A DNA stretch of 64,000 nt from Candidatus Latescibacterota bacterium (GCA_965207885.1 OZ242311.1:1536001-1600000); one strand, 5' to 3'; shown: positions 1 to 10,096, counted from the stretch's first letter. Notes: generated by a model not told the origin, from the sequence alone. Made by a program: numbers and translations.

Positions 1-1597
1 TCAACGAATAGGCCGTCACCGCAAAATAATAGGTTTTACCCGTCACCAGCCTACCGCCCAAAACCTTATCCTCGGTCAGTTCGATATAGCGCCGAATGCC
101 CGAGTCACCGCCAAATTGCGCGGGCGAGTTGACCACCACACCCGCACCTTCATCGAACTGATTGTCAAAAATGATGGCCGAGCCATTGATCACGTCATAA
201 GTCGCAAGACGCCTCCAGGGACCAGCGATCGACTCGCCCTGATACACGTTATAACCTTCGAATGCATAATCGCCCGAAGCGATTTCTGAGTCAGCGCCCC
301 AGGTCAACTGAACTTTGCCATTGCCCATGTGATCGCCCGTCACAGCCACCGACACTTTGGGTGAGGGCGGAGGCGATGGCAATGCAAAATTGGCATCAAA
401 AGCCGATTGTGCAAATGTATCGTTAAAACGCGCGGCTGTAATCGACGTGAGACGATCTTGGCCTTGCCCGATAATGATAGCGCCCACTACTTCTTGTGTA
501 TCGCCGGGCGCAAAGGTAAACGGACCCGCCGTGAGCATAAAACGGCGATCAGCCGGGTTTTCGTCAAGCCAGCCCGTGCCCGCAACCGGATCTCCATCGA
601 CCATAAAAGCCTTCACCTGACCCGTAATCGGATCGGTGTGATCGGCCACGCCGCCATCCGGGTCGAGACCCTTCATATAATTATAGGTCTCTTCTGCGGT
701 ATGAGGATCCGTACCGTTGATGTATTTATTAAACGACGTCATCGGCAATTCCACACCGTCATCGCCAATCGGACCCTTGAAAAAGTCATACCCCACGGCA
801 GGGGGTGACGAACCATACTGCGCATCTATGTTTGATCCGTTATAACAAAACCCAAAGCTGGTCTCCACATCGCAGCCCACCAGGTCGTTATCGAACTGCC
901 CCAGATCGGGATCAGACCACAGCGACACATAAGTGCTATCGATGGTATTGCCACCCTTGTTGATAATCAAAAATTTGACAAATATCACATTGCCAAGCGG
1001 ACCTGTGCGGTCAAATGCAAATGTCGTCTGCTGTATTTCAACGCCTAAAGGCGCAGTCTGCATATTGGTGTGGGAACCCGGATCGGCATCGTTATAAACC
1101 GCCCACAAGGTCTGGTCACCCAGCACCATTGGCGTACCATCGGAATTGACCGGCGCGCCGTCTTCAACCGGCCACTGCGCGTAATCCGGATTTTCCATGC
1201 CATCGCCTTTGCTAATCTTATACACGCGATAGCGGTCGAGTTGCGGATCGGCGGGTGTGCCATCGGGCAAAATAGGCCCGGGCGCAAACTCAAATGAATA
1301 CTCGGCAATCGCCACGCGAATCTCTCCATTGACCTTGCCCGCAATCCACGGACCGGAAGCAAATACCGCGGTTTTGCCCGTGCCCTTGGGAAATTCAAGG
1401 CCCGAAGATCCGGTCGCCAGGTCCCAGGCGAATGATCCCTGGTTGGTCACAAACATTTTGATATTGTTCACATCAATCACTTGATCATTGCTAATTTTAC
1501 CCAGCCGCGGCTTTTGCGAGGGCGATGCAGCCAGCGCAATGCCAGCCATGCTCACACTCATCAAAGCCAGCGTCAAAATATTCAAAAAGCTTTTCAT
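1..1597 (-). CDS. Large secreted protein partnered with the TonB receptor, with an FN3-like domain; 3'-truncated by the window edge
   Basis: Absent from the ORF track because it has no stop in the window. ATG at 1597 after GGGAG RBS; reads MKSFLNILTLALMSVSMAGIALA (signal peptide) ...IDVNNIKMFVTNQGSFAWD...GLEFPKGTGKTAVFASGPWIAG; the same frame gives LVTGKTYYFAVTAYS (FN3-like) at the window edge. Confidence 0.8.
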   Translation of the reverse strand, partial: MKSFLNILTLALMSVSMAGIALAASPSQKPRLGKISNDQVIDVNNIKMFVTNQGSFAWDLATGSSGLEFPKGTGKTAVFASGPWIAGKVNGEIRVAIAEYSFEFAPGPILPDGTPADPQLDRYRVYKISKGDGMENPDYAQWPVEDGAPVNSDGTPMVLGDQTLWAVYNDADPGSHTNMQTAPLGVEIQQTTFAFDRTGPLGNVIFVKFLIINKGGNTIDSTYVSLWSDPDLGQFDNDLVGCDVETSFGFCYNGSNIDAQYGSSPPAVGYDFFKGPIGDDGVELPMTSFNKYINGTDPHTAEETYNYMKGLDPDGGVADHTDPITGQVKAFMVDGDPVAGTGWLDENPADRRFMLTAGPFTFAPGDTQEVVGAIIIGQGQDRLTSITAARFNDTFAQSAFDANFALPSPPPSPKVSVAVTGDHMGNGKVQLTWGADSEIASGDYAFEGYNVYQGESIAGPWRRLATYDVINGSAIIFDNQFDEGAGVVVNSPAQFGGDSGIRRYIELTEDKVLGGRLVTGKTYYFAVTAYSL

Positions 1598-1612
1598 GTT
1601 CTAATCTCCCAT

Positions 1613-4501
1613 TTAGAAGCTGAGCGCGAGTCCGAAGCGAACCTGCCGCGGCGTGCCAAAGTTGAATGGGCTTTTCTCTTTGAGCTTGTATTTGTCTTCG
1701 CCCAGTTGACCAAAGCGCTCCACAAATTTGCGGCCTTCGTCTGTATTCAACCAGCCCGAAGTCATTGGGCTGCCCGTGCTCGAATACACAGGGCTGGTCG
1801 CGTTGGCGCGGTTGAGCAAATTGAGCACCCAGACGTATATGTCGCCCTGAAGCCCTATAATTTTGAAACGCTTATTTGCCTTCACATCGGTCCTGAATGT
1901 CCAGGGACCATAGCTGGAATTCACCGGTCCCGAAGGACGTGACGCCGAAGCCCCTGTGGTCACTTCATTAAACGTAAACGTGGGCGTATAAGGGAACCCA
2001 CTCCCGGCTTCGAACAACACATTGATCCCGGCATTGGACAGCGGCTGACCGCCCAGGATCCTCGGCCCATCTTTATCGACAAAGCGATAGTCGATCGATG
2101 CCGAAATTTTGTGGCGTTGATCAAAGTCGAGAGGTGAGGTCGATTTGGGCGGCTCGGTCACGCCGGGTTGGAAGCCCCAGGCGATCCGCCGCTGAGTTTG
2201 TGGGGTTGATCCCGTGCCCGTCGCATAAGCCAGAGAATAAGACAGACGCGCTGTTGTGCGCCCTATGCGACGCATGAGCAAACCAAAGTCTAGCCCCTTG
2301 ATGGTTCCGTAGTCGTTGTTGCGAAACGAGGAAAAGGCCGTGGGATCAGACGGAATTGTCGACACCTGAACGAGGTTTTCCACGGCTTTGTAATAAGCAG
2401 TGACATCGACACTGGCATGACCGCCCAACTGCTGCACCACACCCACTTCGTAAGCCGTGGTTTTTTCCGGCCTGAGATTCGGATTGCCAAAGGCGTAATA
2501 ATATCCCCCCAGTGGAACTTTGTATTCCAGATAATCCAGACCAACATACAGGTCTTCCAGCTTGGGTTGCTGGTAAAAAATGCCGTAGTTCATGTGGAAC
2601 ACGGTCTTATCTGTAACGGGAAACCCAACACCCAGGCGCGGGCTGATCTTGTGATACACGCTATTGCCAGCGAGATCCGATGGATCGAGTGTGGAATCGC
2701 CACCCAATGGCACGCCTTCATTGGCGAGCACATCGGTACTCGCATTCAAATAATCGTAACGCACGCCCGCATTGATGATCAACCCGTCGTATTCCATCTT
2801 GTCCTGCACGTAAAACGAAGCCAAAATGGGTTCTTTTTGCGCGTCTCGGGTCGAATCCAGAGGTTCGACTACCTGGCCATTCCAGTTGTAATCATACCCG
2901 TAGCGATCTACATCCTGAAAGCCACCCCTGTCGTCTGTGCTGACGAATGGACCGCGAAAGAGCAAAATGGGGGTCAGGTGCCGGTAATAACGCAACCGAT
3001 GCATCTGCACGTCAAAACCGAGCTTAAACTGGTGATTGCGGCTGATCTGGCTGGTCAAATCGAAGTCGATAGGCGTGAGATAAAATGAGCTGGTTTGCTC
3101 AAAGTCATCAAACACGCGCCCTTCATCGCCTTCAAAATACGTTATAGAGCGGTCATTGATGGTTTCCGTTGTCTGCGTAATCTCGGTGGAATCCACATCG
3201 CCGCGTGCAAACAAACTTTCCGCGTCATAACGCGAATTGCCCTGGGGGCGGGCATAGTCGTGCAAATTATCGAAATGAACCCCGTCGCCCGCCTTAAAAT
3301 TCTGGTCGAACAGACTTGTTTGCAAAGTAAAAAAGGTCTTTGCACCCATCGTATAGGTCACGCGGGCAAATGCCGAGTTGTTATTTCTTTTGACACGCGG
3401 CGCATGCCGCAAATTATAGCGATAGGTGTGACTATAGCTCAAGCGATCCGTTTTTGAGCCTACAATCCCTGCCTTCAGACCGATTTCGTCGGACAACCGA
3501 TACGCCAGCTTGGCCTGCCAGCCCCATTTTTCGAGCGTATAATGCGGCAATATGCCCTCGCTGAGCAAATCGTACTCTTCCTGTGACAACAGGTCTTTTT
3601 CCCACTCGTGGGCTTCCACCCCCCAGCGCGGGCTGCGGTCGAGGCGATCGATGTATTCTCCGGAAACAAAAAACGAAGGTCCGTTCGTTCCGGGAACGAG
3701 CGGACCACCAAATGTCGCATCGGTAGTGTTATACCCATAAGAAGGCGCACCGGCCCAACTGCGGTCATTCATCTCATCTGTAATATATTCCACAGACCCC
3801 GAATAATTCTGCCCGCCTTCGCGCGTCACCACCTTAACAACGCCCGACATCACGCGCCCGTACTCCGCTTCAAATCCACCCACAATCACAGATACCTGAT
3901 CTATAGCGCCATTGCTCAGGGTGGTGGTCGATGAGCCGAATTGCAAATCCTTCTGCGACACGCCATCGACGATGTAGTCAACTTCGGAAAACCGCCCACC
4001 GCGTATGTAAAGCGTGCCGTTCCGGTTCGTCACGCCCGCCTGCAAGGACGTGGCCGCTGCATACCCGCGAACCGGCATATACTCGAGTTCTTCGCTGGTT
4101 ACGAGGCGCATCGAGCTGGTCTTATCTTTCTGCACCAGCGGGCGCACCGCCACCACTTCGATAGTTTCGCCTTCCAGGGCTTGCTCTGCGAGCACAAAAT
4201 CAACTTCCGTAGTCAAATCGGGCAACACCTTGATGCCCTTGAGCACCACGTCTTGATACCCGATAAAACTGCATTTTACGTCAAAAGTGCCCGCCGGCAC
4301 ATTCAAAATCACAAAATTACCTTCGGGATCTGATGTCGCACCAAAGACACTGTGCAAGCCCAGAACCACCACATTGGCACCGGGCAATCCACCACCGTCG
4401 CCTTTATCGACAATCTGACCCGCAATTTTACCCGTCACCCCGGCCATTGCCGATGCGGATAAAAACGACATCGCAACAAATGCGATTATCCATCTCGTCA
4501 T
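1613..4501 (-). CDS. TonB-dependent receptor with N-terminal carboxypeptidase-regulatory-like domain
   Basis: Likely start MTRWII at 4501 (RBS AAGGGAG); signal peptide, GKIAGQIVD..LPGANV domain, plug motif YIRGGR..EVDYIVDG, GNPNLRPEKT, C-terminal Phe (RQVRFGLALSF). Confidence 0.93.
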   Translation of the reverse strand: MTRWIIAFVAMSFLSASAMAGVTGKIAGQIVDKGDGGGLPGANVVVLGLHSVFGATSDPEGNFVILNVPAGTFDVKCSFIGYQDVVLKGIKVLPDLTTEVDFVLAEQALEGETIEVVAVRPLVQKDKTSSMRLVTSEELEYMPVRGYAAATSLQAGVTNRNGTLYIRGGRFSEVDYIVDGVSQKDLQFGSSTTTLSNGAIDQVSVIVGGFEAEYGRVMSGVVKVVTREGGQNYSGSVEYITDEMNDRSWAGAPSYGYNTTDATFGGPLVPGTNGPSFFVSGEYIDRLDRSPRWGVEAHEWEKDLLSQEEYDLLSEGILPHYTLEKWGWQAKLAYRLSDEIGLKAGIVGSKTDRLSYSHTYRYNLRHAPRVKRNNNSAFARVTYTMGAKTFFTLQTSLFDQNFKAGDGVHFDNLHDYARPQGNSRYDAESLFARGDVDSTEITQTTETINDRSITYFEGDEGRVFDDFEQTSSFYLTPIDFDLTSQISRNHQFKLGFDVQMHRLRYYRHLTPILLFRGPFVSTDDRGGFQDVDRYGYDYNWNGQVVEPLDSTRDAQKEPILASFYVQDKMEYDGLIINAGVRYDYLNASTDVLANEGVPLGGDSTLDPSDLAGNSVYHKISPRLGVGFPVTDKTVFHMNYGIFYQQPKLEDLYVGLDYLEYKVPLGGYYYAFGNPNLRPEKTTAYEVGVVQQLGGHASVDVTAYYKAVENLVQVSTIPSDPTAFSSFRNNDYGTIKGLDFGLLMRRIGRTTARLSYSLAYATGTGSTPQTQRRIAWGFQPGVTEPPKSTSPLDFDQRHKISASIDYRFVDKDGPRILGGQPLSNAGINVLFEAGSGFPYTPTFTFNEVTTGASASRPSGPVNSSYGPWTFRTDVKANKRFKIIGLQGDIYVWVLNLLNRANATSPVYSSTGSPMTSGWLNTDEGRKFVERFGQLGEDKYKLKEKSPFNFGTPRQVRFGLALSF

Positions 4502-4645
4502 GGTTAACTCCCTTCTGAAATAATTTCGAAAACCAGACTTAAAAGATGCTCGCGCACCTCTGTCGTCTCCCCTCACGTAAATCGTTCTCAGCTATGTCGC
4601 TACTACATCACCTCCTTGTTCTCCCCCGACGATAAGTCATTTACC

Positions 4646-5737
4646 TCACACCGATGACAGCGACATACCCTGATGAATGGGTTTTCCCTGTGACCGGCGC
4701 ACCTGAACGAGTTCAGAAACAATACTCACGGCGATTTCTTCGGGTGTATCTGCGCCGATATCCAATCCAATCGGCGCGTGAACAACATCCAATTTTTCTC
4801 TCGGAATACCTTTGGCTTCAAACTCTTTCCACATCAGCGCGATCTTCCGACGGCTACCAATCATACCAATATACGCCGCCTGGGTATCAATCGCCTGCTC
4901 GATAACCGGTTTATCGTGCTGGTGTCCCCGCGTCACAGCCACCACATAAGACAAATCGTCAATAACCAGATGGTCAAAAGCCGTCTCCATCTCCAGCGTC
5001 AGCGTTTCACTCGCCATGGGAAACCGCTCTTTATTGGCAAACATGGGCCGGTCGTCAATAACCACAATCCGAAATCCGACCGAATGCGCGATCTGTGCGA
5101 TAGCATAGGAAACGTGCCCCCCGCCAAACAAAAACAGCGTAGGCTCGGGACAAATAGATTCCAAAAAGACCACAACGGGTTCTGACCCGATTTTTATGAC
5201 CTTGAGCAAACTTTCCGGAATCGCCTCAAAAGCTGCCACCTCTTCGCGCACACAGGCTTCGGCAAGGTCATGGCCCAGACTACCCACTGTTCTACCATCG
5301 GGATGGACCAATAACTTCGCACCCACCTGATCGCCGCCCGAAACCAGCGTTGCCAACACAGCCGAACCGCGCACTTTGCGAACCCGAGCAATATCGCCGA
5401 GCATGTCATCTGCGCGACCAGGCAACAGAGGTTCGGTAAAAATCTCGACATTACCGCCGCAATTGAGGCCATTTTCGCCCGCGTGTTTTTCCGTCAAAAT
5501 AAACTTCTGCAAAGTCGGTGCTTCGGTATCCATCACATGACGGGCTTCGGCCCACACATCGGCTTCCAAACAACCGCCGCCCACCGTACCTATAATCACG
5601 CCATCGGGACGCACGAGCATCTTGGCCTTTTTACTCATCGGCAAAGACCCCTTGCTCGACACAATCGTCGATAAGGCGGCCTTTTCACCCTGAGAAACCA
5701 GGATCAAAGCCTCTCGAAAAACATCTTGACCAGCCAT
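4646..5737 (-). CDS. xdhC: XdhC/CoxF family molybdo-hydroxylase maturation factor
   Basis: GTVGGGCLEA, LNCGG, second CoxI-like repeat (GAKLLV..DG..VGSLG), LFGGGHV, YIGMIGSRRK, HAPIGLDIGADTPEEIAVSI. Confidence 0.92.
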   Translation of the reverse strand: MAGQDVFREALILVSQGEKAALSTIVSSKGSLPMSKKAKMLVRPDGVIIGTVGGGCLEADVWAEARHVMDTEAPTLQKFILTEKHAGENGLNCGGNVEIFTEPLLPGRADDMLGDIARVRKVRGSAVLATLVSGGDQVGAKLLVHPDGRTVGSLGHDLAEACVREEVAAFEAIPESLLKVIKIGSEPVVVFLESICPEPTLFLFGGGHVSYAIAQIAHSVGFRIVVIDDRPMFANKERFPMASETLTLEMETAFDHLVIDDLSYVVAVTRGHQHDKPVIEQAIDTQAAYIGMIGSRRKIALMWKEFEAKGIPREKLDVVHAPIGLDIGADTPEEIAVSIVSELVQVRRSQGKPIHQGMSLSSV

Positions 5738-5746
5738 AACATCCCC

Positions 5747-6883
5747 CTACTTCCAAACAGACCGCAGTGTTCGGGCCAATTGAATCAAACTCTCCAGATT
5801 GTGTGCGGGCAAAAAATAATCCAGATATGGAAGTGCTGTCTTCATCCCCAAACACAGGGGCTGATACCCCGGCGTGCCCAAAAGTGGATTGAGCCACATC
5901 AACTTATGCACGCGCTTTCGCAATCGCGCCATCTCTTGCCGCATCAAATCGGGATCGCCCCGGTCCCAGCCGTCGCTCACAATAATCATCACAGTGCGCG
6001 AGTGCAACATATCGCGTGCAAACTGGTCGTTAAACTCGCGCAAACACCCGCCAATATCTGTGCCACCCGCCCAGTCGTGTACTGTATCAGCCACTTCTAC
6101 AAGTGATTCTTCAATGCCTTTTGTTTTGAGCAAACGCGAAATTGCGGTCATCCGCGTGGAAAACACCCCGACCTCCACATCTCGGATTTCGCGCTTGAGC
6201 GCGTAGATAAAGCGAATCAGAAACCGGCTATAACAATCCATAGACCCGCTCACATCACACAACAACATCAGCTTGGTCTTTTTGATGCGACGCCGCTTCA
6301 TCATCAATTCGACACCGTCAGAACCATACAGCGCATTGCGCCGCCATGTGCGCCTGAAATCCAGTTCAGCCCCCCGATTTTCGGGCACGCGCCTGCGACT
6401 GCGGCGGTTGGCAATGATATTCACAATTTCGTGGATCACCTTTCGGGCCTGCTCAATCTCGCGATCGGACATTGCGGCCAAATCTTTTCCCATCAAAGCC
6501 TCATCGGGGCTATACCCAACCTCCTCGGATTCGCCTTCCCCCTCGGCCTCTTCCTGCAAATCTGCAGTATCCACCACCTCATTGACATCTGCCTGAACAT
6601 CGAGATCCGGATCTCCGCCGGCATCCGTATCGGTCAGAGTCATATCGTCGGGCAAAATCGGTCGCGCCCAGAAAGCCCTGAAAACCTCGTCAAAAGTCTC
6701 CAGATCGTCATAGCGCGACACCAGTGTCGCACGCGCAGCAGCGTAAAAATCGCTCCGATTGTGCAGGCTGATATATTGAAAACTATCGCACAAATCAATG
6801 AGATTGCCCGCATTGACTTCAACGCCAGCACTGTGCAAAGCCCTTGAAAAACCGACAACTCGTCCCAGCATAGTTCTTGGCAT
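5747..6883 (-). CDS. coxE: CoxE-like VWA domain protein
   Basis: MIDAS motif CDVSGSMD, FSTR, WAGGTDIG, SDGWDRGD, WLNPL; follows a MoxR ATPase. Confidence 0.9.
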   Translation of the reverse strand: MPRTMLGRVVGFSRALHSAGVEVNAGNLIDLCDSFQYISLHNRSDFYAAARATLVSRYDDLETFDEVFRAFWARPILPDDMTLTDTDAGGDPDLDVQADVNEVVDTADLQEEAEGEGESEEVGYSPDEALMGKDLAAMSDREIEQARKVIHEIVNIIANRRSRRRVPENRGAELDFRRTWRRNALYGSDGVELMMKRRRIKKTKLMLLCDVSGSMDCYSRFLIRFIYALKREIRDVEVGVFSTRMTAISRLLKTKGIEESLVEVADTVHDWAGGTDIGGCLREFNDQFARDMLHSRTVMIIVSDGWDRGDPDLMRQEMARLRKRVHKLMWLNPLLGTPGYQPLCLGMKTALPYLDYFLPAHNLESLIQLARTLRSVWK

Positions 6884-6891
6884 GTGATCTC

Positions 6892-7803
6892 CTAAACGGC
6901 AACTTGTGTGCGTTCTTTCAGCAATCGGGCCTTCTCAATCAGTTGTGGTAGGCCGTCTTCCTGAATTTTTTCAATATCTTCTTTATACTTCAAAACACAT
7001 CCCAATGTCGCATCAACTATCTGCGGATCCAGTTCTTCAACACGCATAGCCATCAGAGCCAGTGCCCAATCAATCGTTTCGGCAACACCGGGCTTTTTGT
7101 AAAAATCGCGATTGCGCAACAATTGCATAAACCCGCAAACCTGTTGTGCCAATTCGTCCTGCACACCCGACACACGCGACCGCACAATATCCATTTCTTT
7201 GCTAAACGTGGGATAGTCAATCCACAAATACAAACACCGGCGCTTCAGCGCGTCGTGCAACTCGCGCGTTCGGTTGGACGTAAGCACGACAAACGGCACC
7301 TGCATCGCTCTTATCGCACCAATCTCGGGAATCGTAATCTGGAAATCGGATAACACTTCGAGCAAAAACGCTTCAAACTCTTCATCCGATCGATCCACTT
7401 CGTCAATCAACAACACCTGTTGCTTTTCTGCGCTACCCTCAAGAGCCGACAAAAGGGGACGCTTGAGCAAAAAATCTTCGCGAAAAATATTTTGACCAAT
7501 TTCGGCCTTGTCGATTCCCCGCGCTTCTTCGAGCCTTAGCTCCAGCATCTGACGCGGATAATTCCATTCGTACAATGCCGTATTGGCATCAATACCTTCA
7601 TAGCACTGCAATCGAATCAACTCAGTATCAAAAATACCGGCCATAACTTTGGCTACTTCTGTCTTTCCAACGCCTGGTTCCCCCTCCAGAAAAATTGGTT
7701 TGCCAAGCGACTGCGCCAAAAAAATCGTCGTTGCCAATGTGCGGTCCGTGATATACCCCTGCTCGGCAAACCGCTCTTCAACATCTTCAATAGAATTCAG
7801 CAT
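6892..7803 (-). CDS. coxD: CoxD-like MoxR AAA+ ATPase
   Basis: Walker A GEPGVGKT, RLQCYEG, YEWNY, LLIDEVDR, TSNRTRELHDALKRRC. Confidence 0.93.
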   Translation of the reverse strand: MLNSIEDVEERFAEQGYITDRTLATTIFLAQSLGKPIFLEGEPGVGKTEVAKVMAGIFDTELIRLQCYEGIDANTALYEWNYPRQMLELRLEEARGIDKAEIGQNIFREDFLLKRPLLSALEGSAEKQQVLLIDEVDRSDEEFEAFLLEVLSDFQITIPEIGAIRAMQVPFVVLTSNRTRELHDALKRRCLYLWIDYPTFSKEMDIVRSRVSGVQDELAQQVCGFMQLLRNRDFYKKPGVAETIDWALALMAMRVEELDPQIVDATLGCVLKYKEDIEKIQEDGLPQLIEKARLLKERTQVAV

Positions 7804-8354
7804 AATAACCTTTCTTTATCATACATTTCGCCATACTGCGCCACCCAAATTTGCAATGCCTCTCTGGTCGTGTCAAAAGCCAGATCATTCCATGGAATAT
7901 CCCGAGGGGCAAATGTAGCCACAGCCTGCGATTCAAAATTGCCTTCCAACTTTCCGCCCACAACCCGTCCAGTATAAACAATCAGCACCACCCGCTCCCC
8001 TTCATAAGACAACACGCCGAGCAACTCACCGATCTCGACCTCTAACCCCACTTCCTCGCGGGTTTCGCGCACAGCCGCGACATCGGTTGGCTCGCCTGCA
8101 TCCACATATCCGCCGGGGAACACCCACTTGCCAAACCCGGGATCAATATTGCGCCTGAGCAGTACAACGCCACCATCGAGGGTTACAATAACCCCAGCTG
8201 CTACCTTGGGGTCGAGATAAGCCACAAATCCACACGACGGACAACACGGTCTCTCCCGATCTTCAACTGCTTTTACAACCAGCAAAGTCCCACATCGCTC
8301 GCAAAACCGAGCTTCGGATTTTATGCAACTGGGCAAAGAGATCAACCACCTCAT
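7797..8354 (-). CDS. NUDIX hydrolase with N-terminal zinc ribbon
   Basis: FCERCG...CPSCG..Y.DPK zinc ribbon; Nudix box GGYVDAGE...AAVRETREEVGL. Exact start uncertain. Confidence 0.9.
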   Translation of the reverse strand: MRWLISLPSCIKSEARFCERCGTLLVVKAVEDRERPCCPSCGFVAYLDPKVAAGVIVTLDGGVVLLRRNIDPGFGKWVFPGGYVDAGEPTDVAAVRETREEVGLEVEIGELLGVLSYEGERVVLIVYTGRVVGGKLEGNFESQAVATFAPRDIPWNDLAFDTTREALQIWVAQYGEMYDKERLLC

Positions 8355-8396
8355 TGTTGTAATATTAATATAATATAGTAGTCTCTACCAGACAGT

Positions 8397-8425
8397 AAAA
8401 TACACAGGTACCAATTTTGGGTCAA
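8397..8425 (-). promoter_or_regulatory. Putative sigma70 promoter for the nudix-coxD-coxE-xdhC operon
   Basis: Minus strand TTGACC-17 nt-TATTTT with a TG extended -10. Confidence 0.5.
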
Positions 8426-8427
8426 CG

Positions 8428-8454
8428 AAAAAGCCCCGAATTTGAATTCGGGGC
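8428..8454 (-). terminator. Intrinsic terminator (distal of a tandem pair)
   Basis: Perfect 9-bp stem GCCCCGAAT/ATTCGGGGC, 4-nt loop, followed by U5 on the minus strand. Confidence 0.75.
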
Positions 8455-8490
8455 AAAAAAAATGGGAACCGGGTCGCGGGCCGGTTCCCA
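8455..8490 (-). terminator. Intrinsic terminator (proximal of a tandem pair)
   Basis: Perfect 10-bp stem TGGGAACCGG/CCGGTTCCCA, 8-nt loop, followed by U8 on the minus strand. Confidence 0.8.
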
Positions 8491-8511
8491 AGAGGGAGAA
8501 TACGTCGTGCT
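8455..8511 (-). ncRNA. Candidate ~57-nt Pho-regulated small RNA with a CU-rich anti-SD seed
   Basis: Own Pho-box/-10 promoter at 8518-8573, single-stranded UAUUCUCCCUCU, then an intrinsic terminator; no ORF. Confidence 0.5.
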
Positions 8512-8517
8512 TTGGGT

Positions 8518-8573
8518 ATAATATCATCGCCGTGTTACAATCGCGTGTCATTTACGCGACAGTGTTCGCCACA
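8518..8573 (-). promoter_or_regulatory. Pho-box array plus extended -10 downstream of phoU
   Basis: Minus strand TGTGGC/TGTCGC/TGACAC/TGTAAC at 12-11-11 spacing; last box exactly 10 nt upstream of TATTAT (preceded by TGA), the same geometry as the porin promoter. Confidence 0.6.
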
Positions 8574-8588
8574 AAAATACGGTGGAGA

Positions 8589-9272
8589 TTACTCGCCTGC
8601 GCGCAATTCCTCCTGTTGATGTCTCACGATGCGCCCTTGAACGAGATAGACGGCATTTTCGGCAATATTGGATGAATGATCGCCAATGCGCTCCAGATGT
8701 CTGGACACGAGAATGAGTAAAATAGCCTGATCCACAGTCGAGGGAATACCCGTGTTTAAGTACGTCAAAAACTCGCGGAAAATTTGATCGCGCAAGGCAT
8801 CCATAGTATCGTCAATTCGACGCACCTTATTGGCCAATTCCACATCGCGATTGACAAATGCATCCAGAGCATCCCTGACCATACCCCGTGCCAACTCGGC
8901 CATCCGCGGAATATCGATCAGCGGTTTCAATTGCGGCATGCGATTGAGCAAACGGGCGCGCTGAGCGATATTCACCGCCTGATCATTGATGCGCTCGAGA
9001 TCGTAATTGATCTTCATAATGCCCGCCACCAGGCGCAAATCGCCAGCCACGGGTTGCTGCACAGCCAACACCCTCAAACACTCTTCTTCTATCTCCACTT
9101 CCCAATCGTCAATGTGATGTCCACCCTCTTCAACCACATCAACGAGGTGATTGTCGCGTTCTACAAGCGATTGTACTGCCTGTTCAATAGACTCTTCTAC
9201 CGCACTACCCATCTTCAACAACTCACCTTTGAGGTGGTCGAGATGCTGGTCAAGAGTACGCTCCATAATCAT
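8589..9272 (-). CDS. phoU: Phosphate signalling complex protein PhoU
   Basis: QQPVAGDLR, DLERI.D.A.NIA, HLERIGDH..NIAE; follows pstB. Confidence 0.97.
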   Translation of the reverse strand: MIMERTLDQHLDHLKGELLKMGSAVEESIEQAVQSLVERDNHLVDVVEEGGHHIDDWEVEIEEECLRVLAVQQPVAGDLRLVAGIMKINYDLERINDQAVNIAQRARLLNRMPQLKPLIDIPRMAELARGMVRDALDAFVNRDVELANKVRRIDDTMDALRDQIFREFLTYLNTGIPSTVDQAILLILVSRHLERIGDHSSNIAENAVYLVQGRIVRHQQEELRAGE

Positions 9273-9283
9273 TACTCCTCTGC

Positions 9284-10096
9284 TTAGCCAAACCGCCCTG
9301 TCACATAATCTTCGGTTTGTTTGAGCTGCGGATTGGTAAACATCTCGCTCGTTTCGGCCATCTCAATCAAACGTCCCAAATAAAAAAACGCCGTATAGTC
9401 CGAAATGCGCGACGCCTGCTGCATATTGTGTGTTACAATCACAATCGTATATTGCTTTTTGAGCTCTTCAATTGTCTCTTCAATACGCCCCGTCGCAATT
9501 GGATCCAGTGCCGAACAGGGTTCATCCATCAAGATCACCGCAGGCTCAACAGCAATTGCACGCGCAATGCACAACCTTTGCTGTTGTCCTCCTGAAAGCC
9601 CCAGAGCACTGTCATTGAGCCGGTCTTTTACCTCATCCCAAAGCGCGGCAGCCTGCAAACTGCGTACCACCACCTCATCGAGCACCGCCCGCCGATTTTC
9701 ACCTGCAATTCTCAAACCGTAAACGAGATTCTCATAAATCGACTTGGGAAAGGGATTGGACTTTTGAAACACCATACCGACCTGGCGGCGCAACGAAATC
9801 ACATCGTATCCGGGACCGTAAATGTCGTCATTATCAATTTCAACCACACCCTCGATATGCACCGAATCGATCAAATCGTTCAGCCTATTCATGCACCGCA
9901 ACAGCGTTGACTTCCCGCATCCCGAAGGACCGATCAAAGCCGTTACCCGATACTCGGGAATCTGCATGTCAATGTCAAAAAGGGCCTGCGTCTCGCCGTA
10001 ATACAGGCTCAGATTCGATATGGTGACAATGGGATTCTGAATATCTGGAACAATTGCTTCGCCGGACCGTGTATTTGCAAGTTCTGCTTCAGCCAT
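9284..10096 (-). CDS. pstB: Phosphate ABC transporter ATP-binding protein
   Basis: [61 protein letters not shown]. Confidence 0.98.
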   Translation of the reverse strand: MAEAELANTRSGEAIVPDIQNPIVTISNLSLYYGETQALFDIDMQIPEYRVTALIGPSGCGKSTLLRCMNRLNDLIDSVHIEGVVEIDNDDIYGPGYDVISLRRQVGMVFQKSNPFPKSIYENLVYGLRIAGENRRAVLDEVVVRSLQAAALWDEVKDRLNDSALGLSGGQQQRLCIARAIAVEPAVILMDEPCSALDPIATGRIEETIEELKKQYTIVIVTHNMQQASRISDYTAFFYLGRLIEMAETSEMFTNPQLKQTEDYVTGRFG

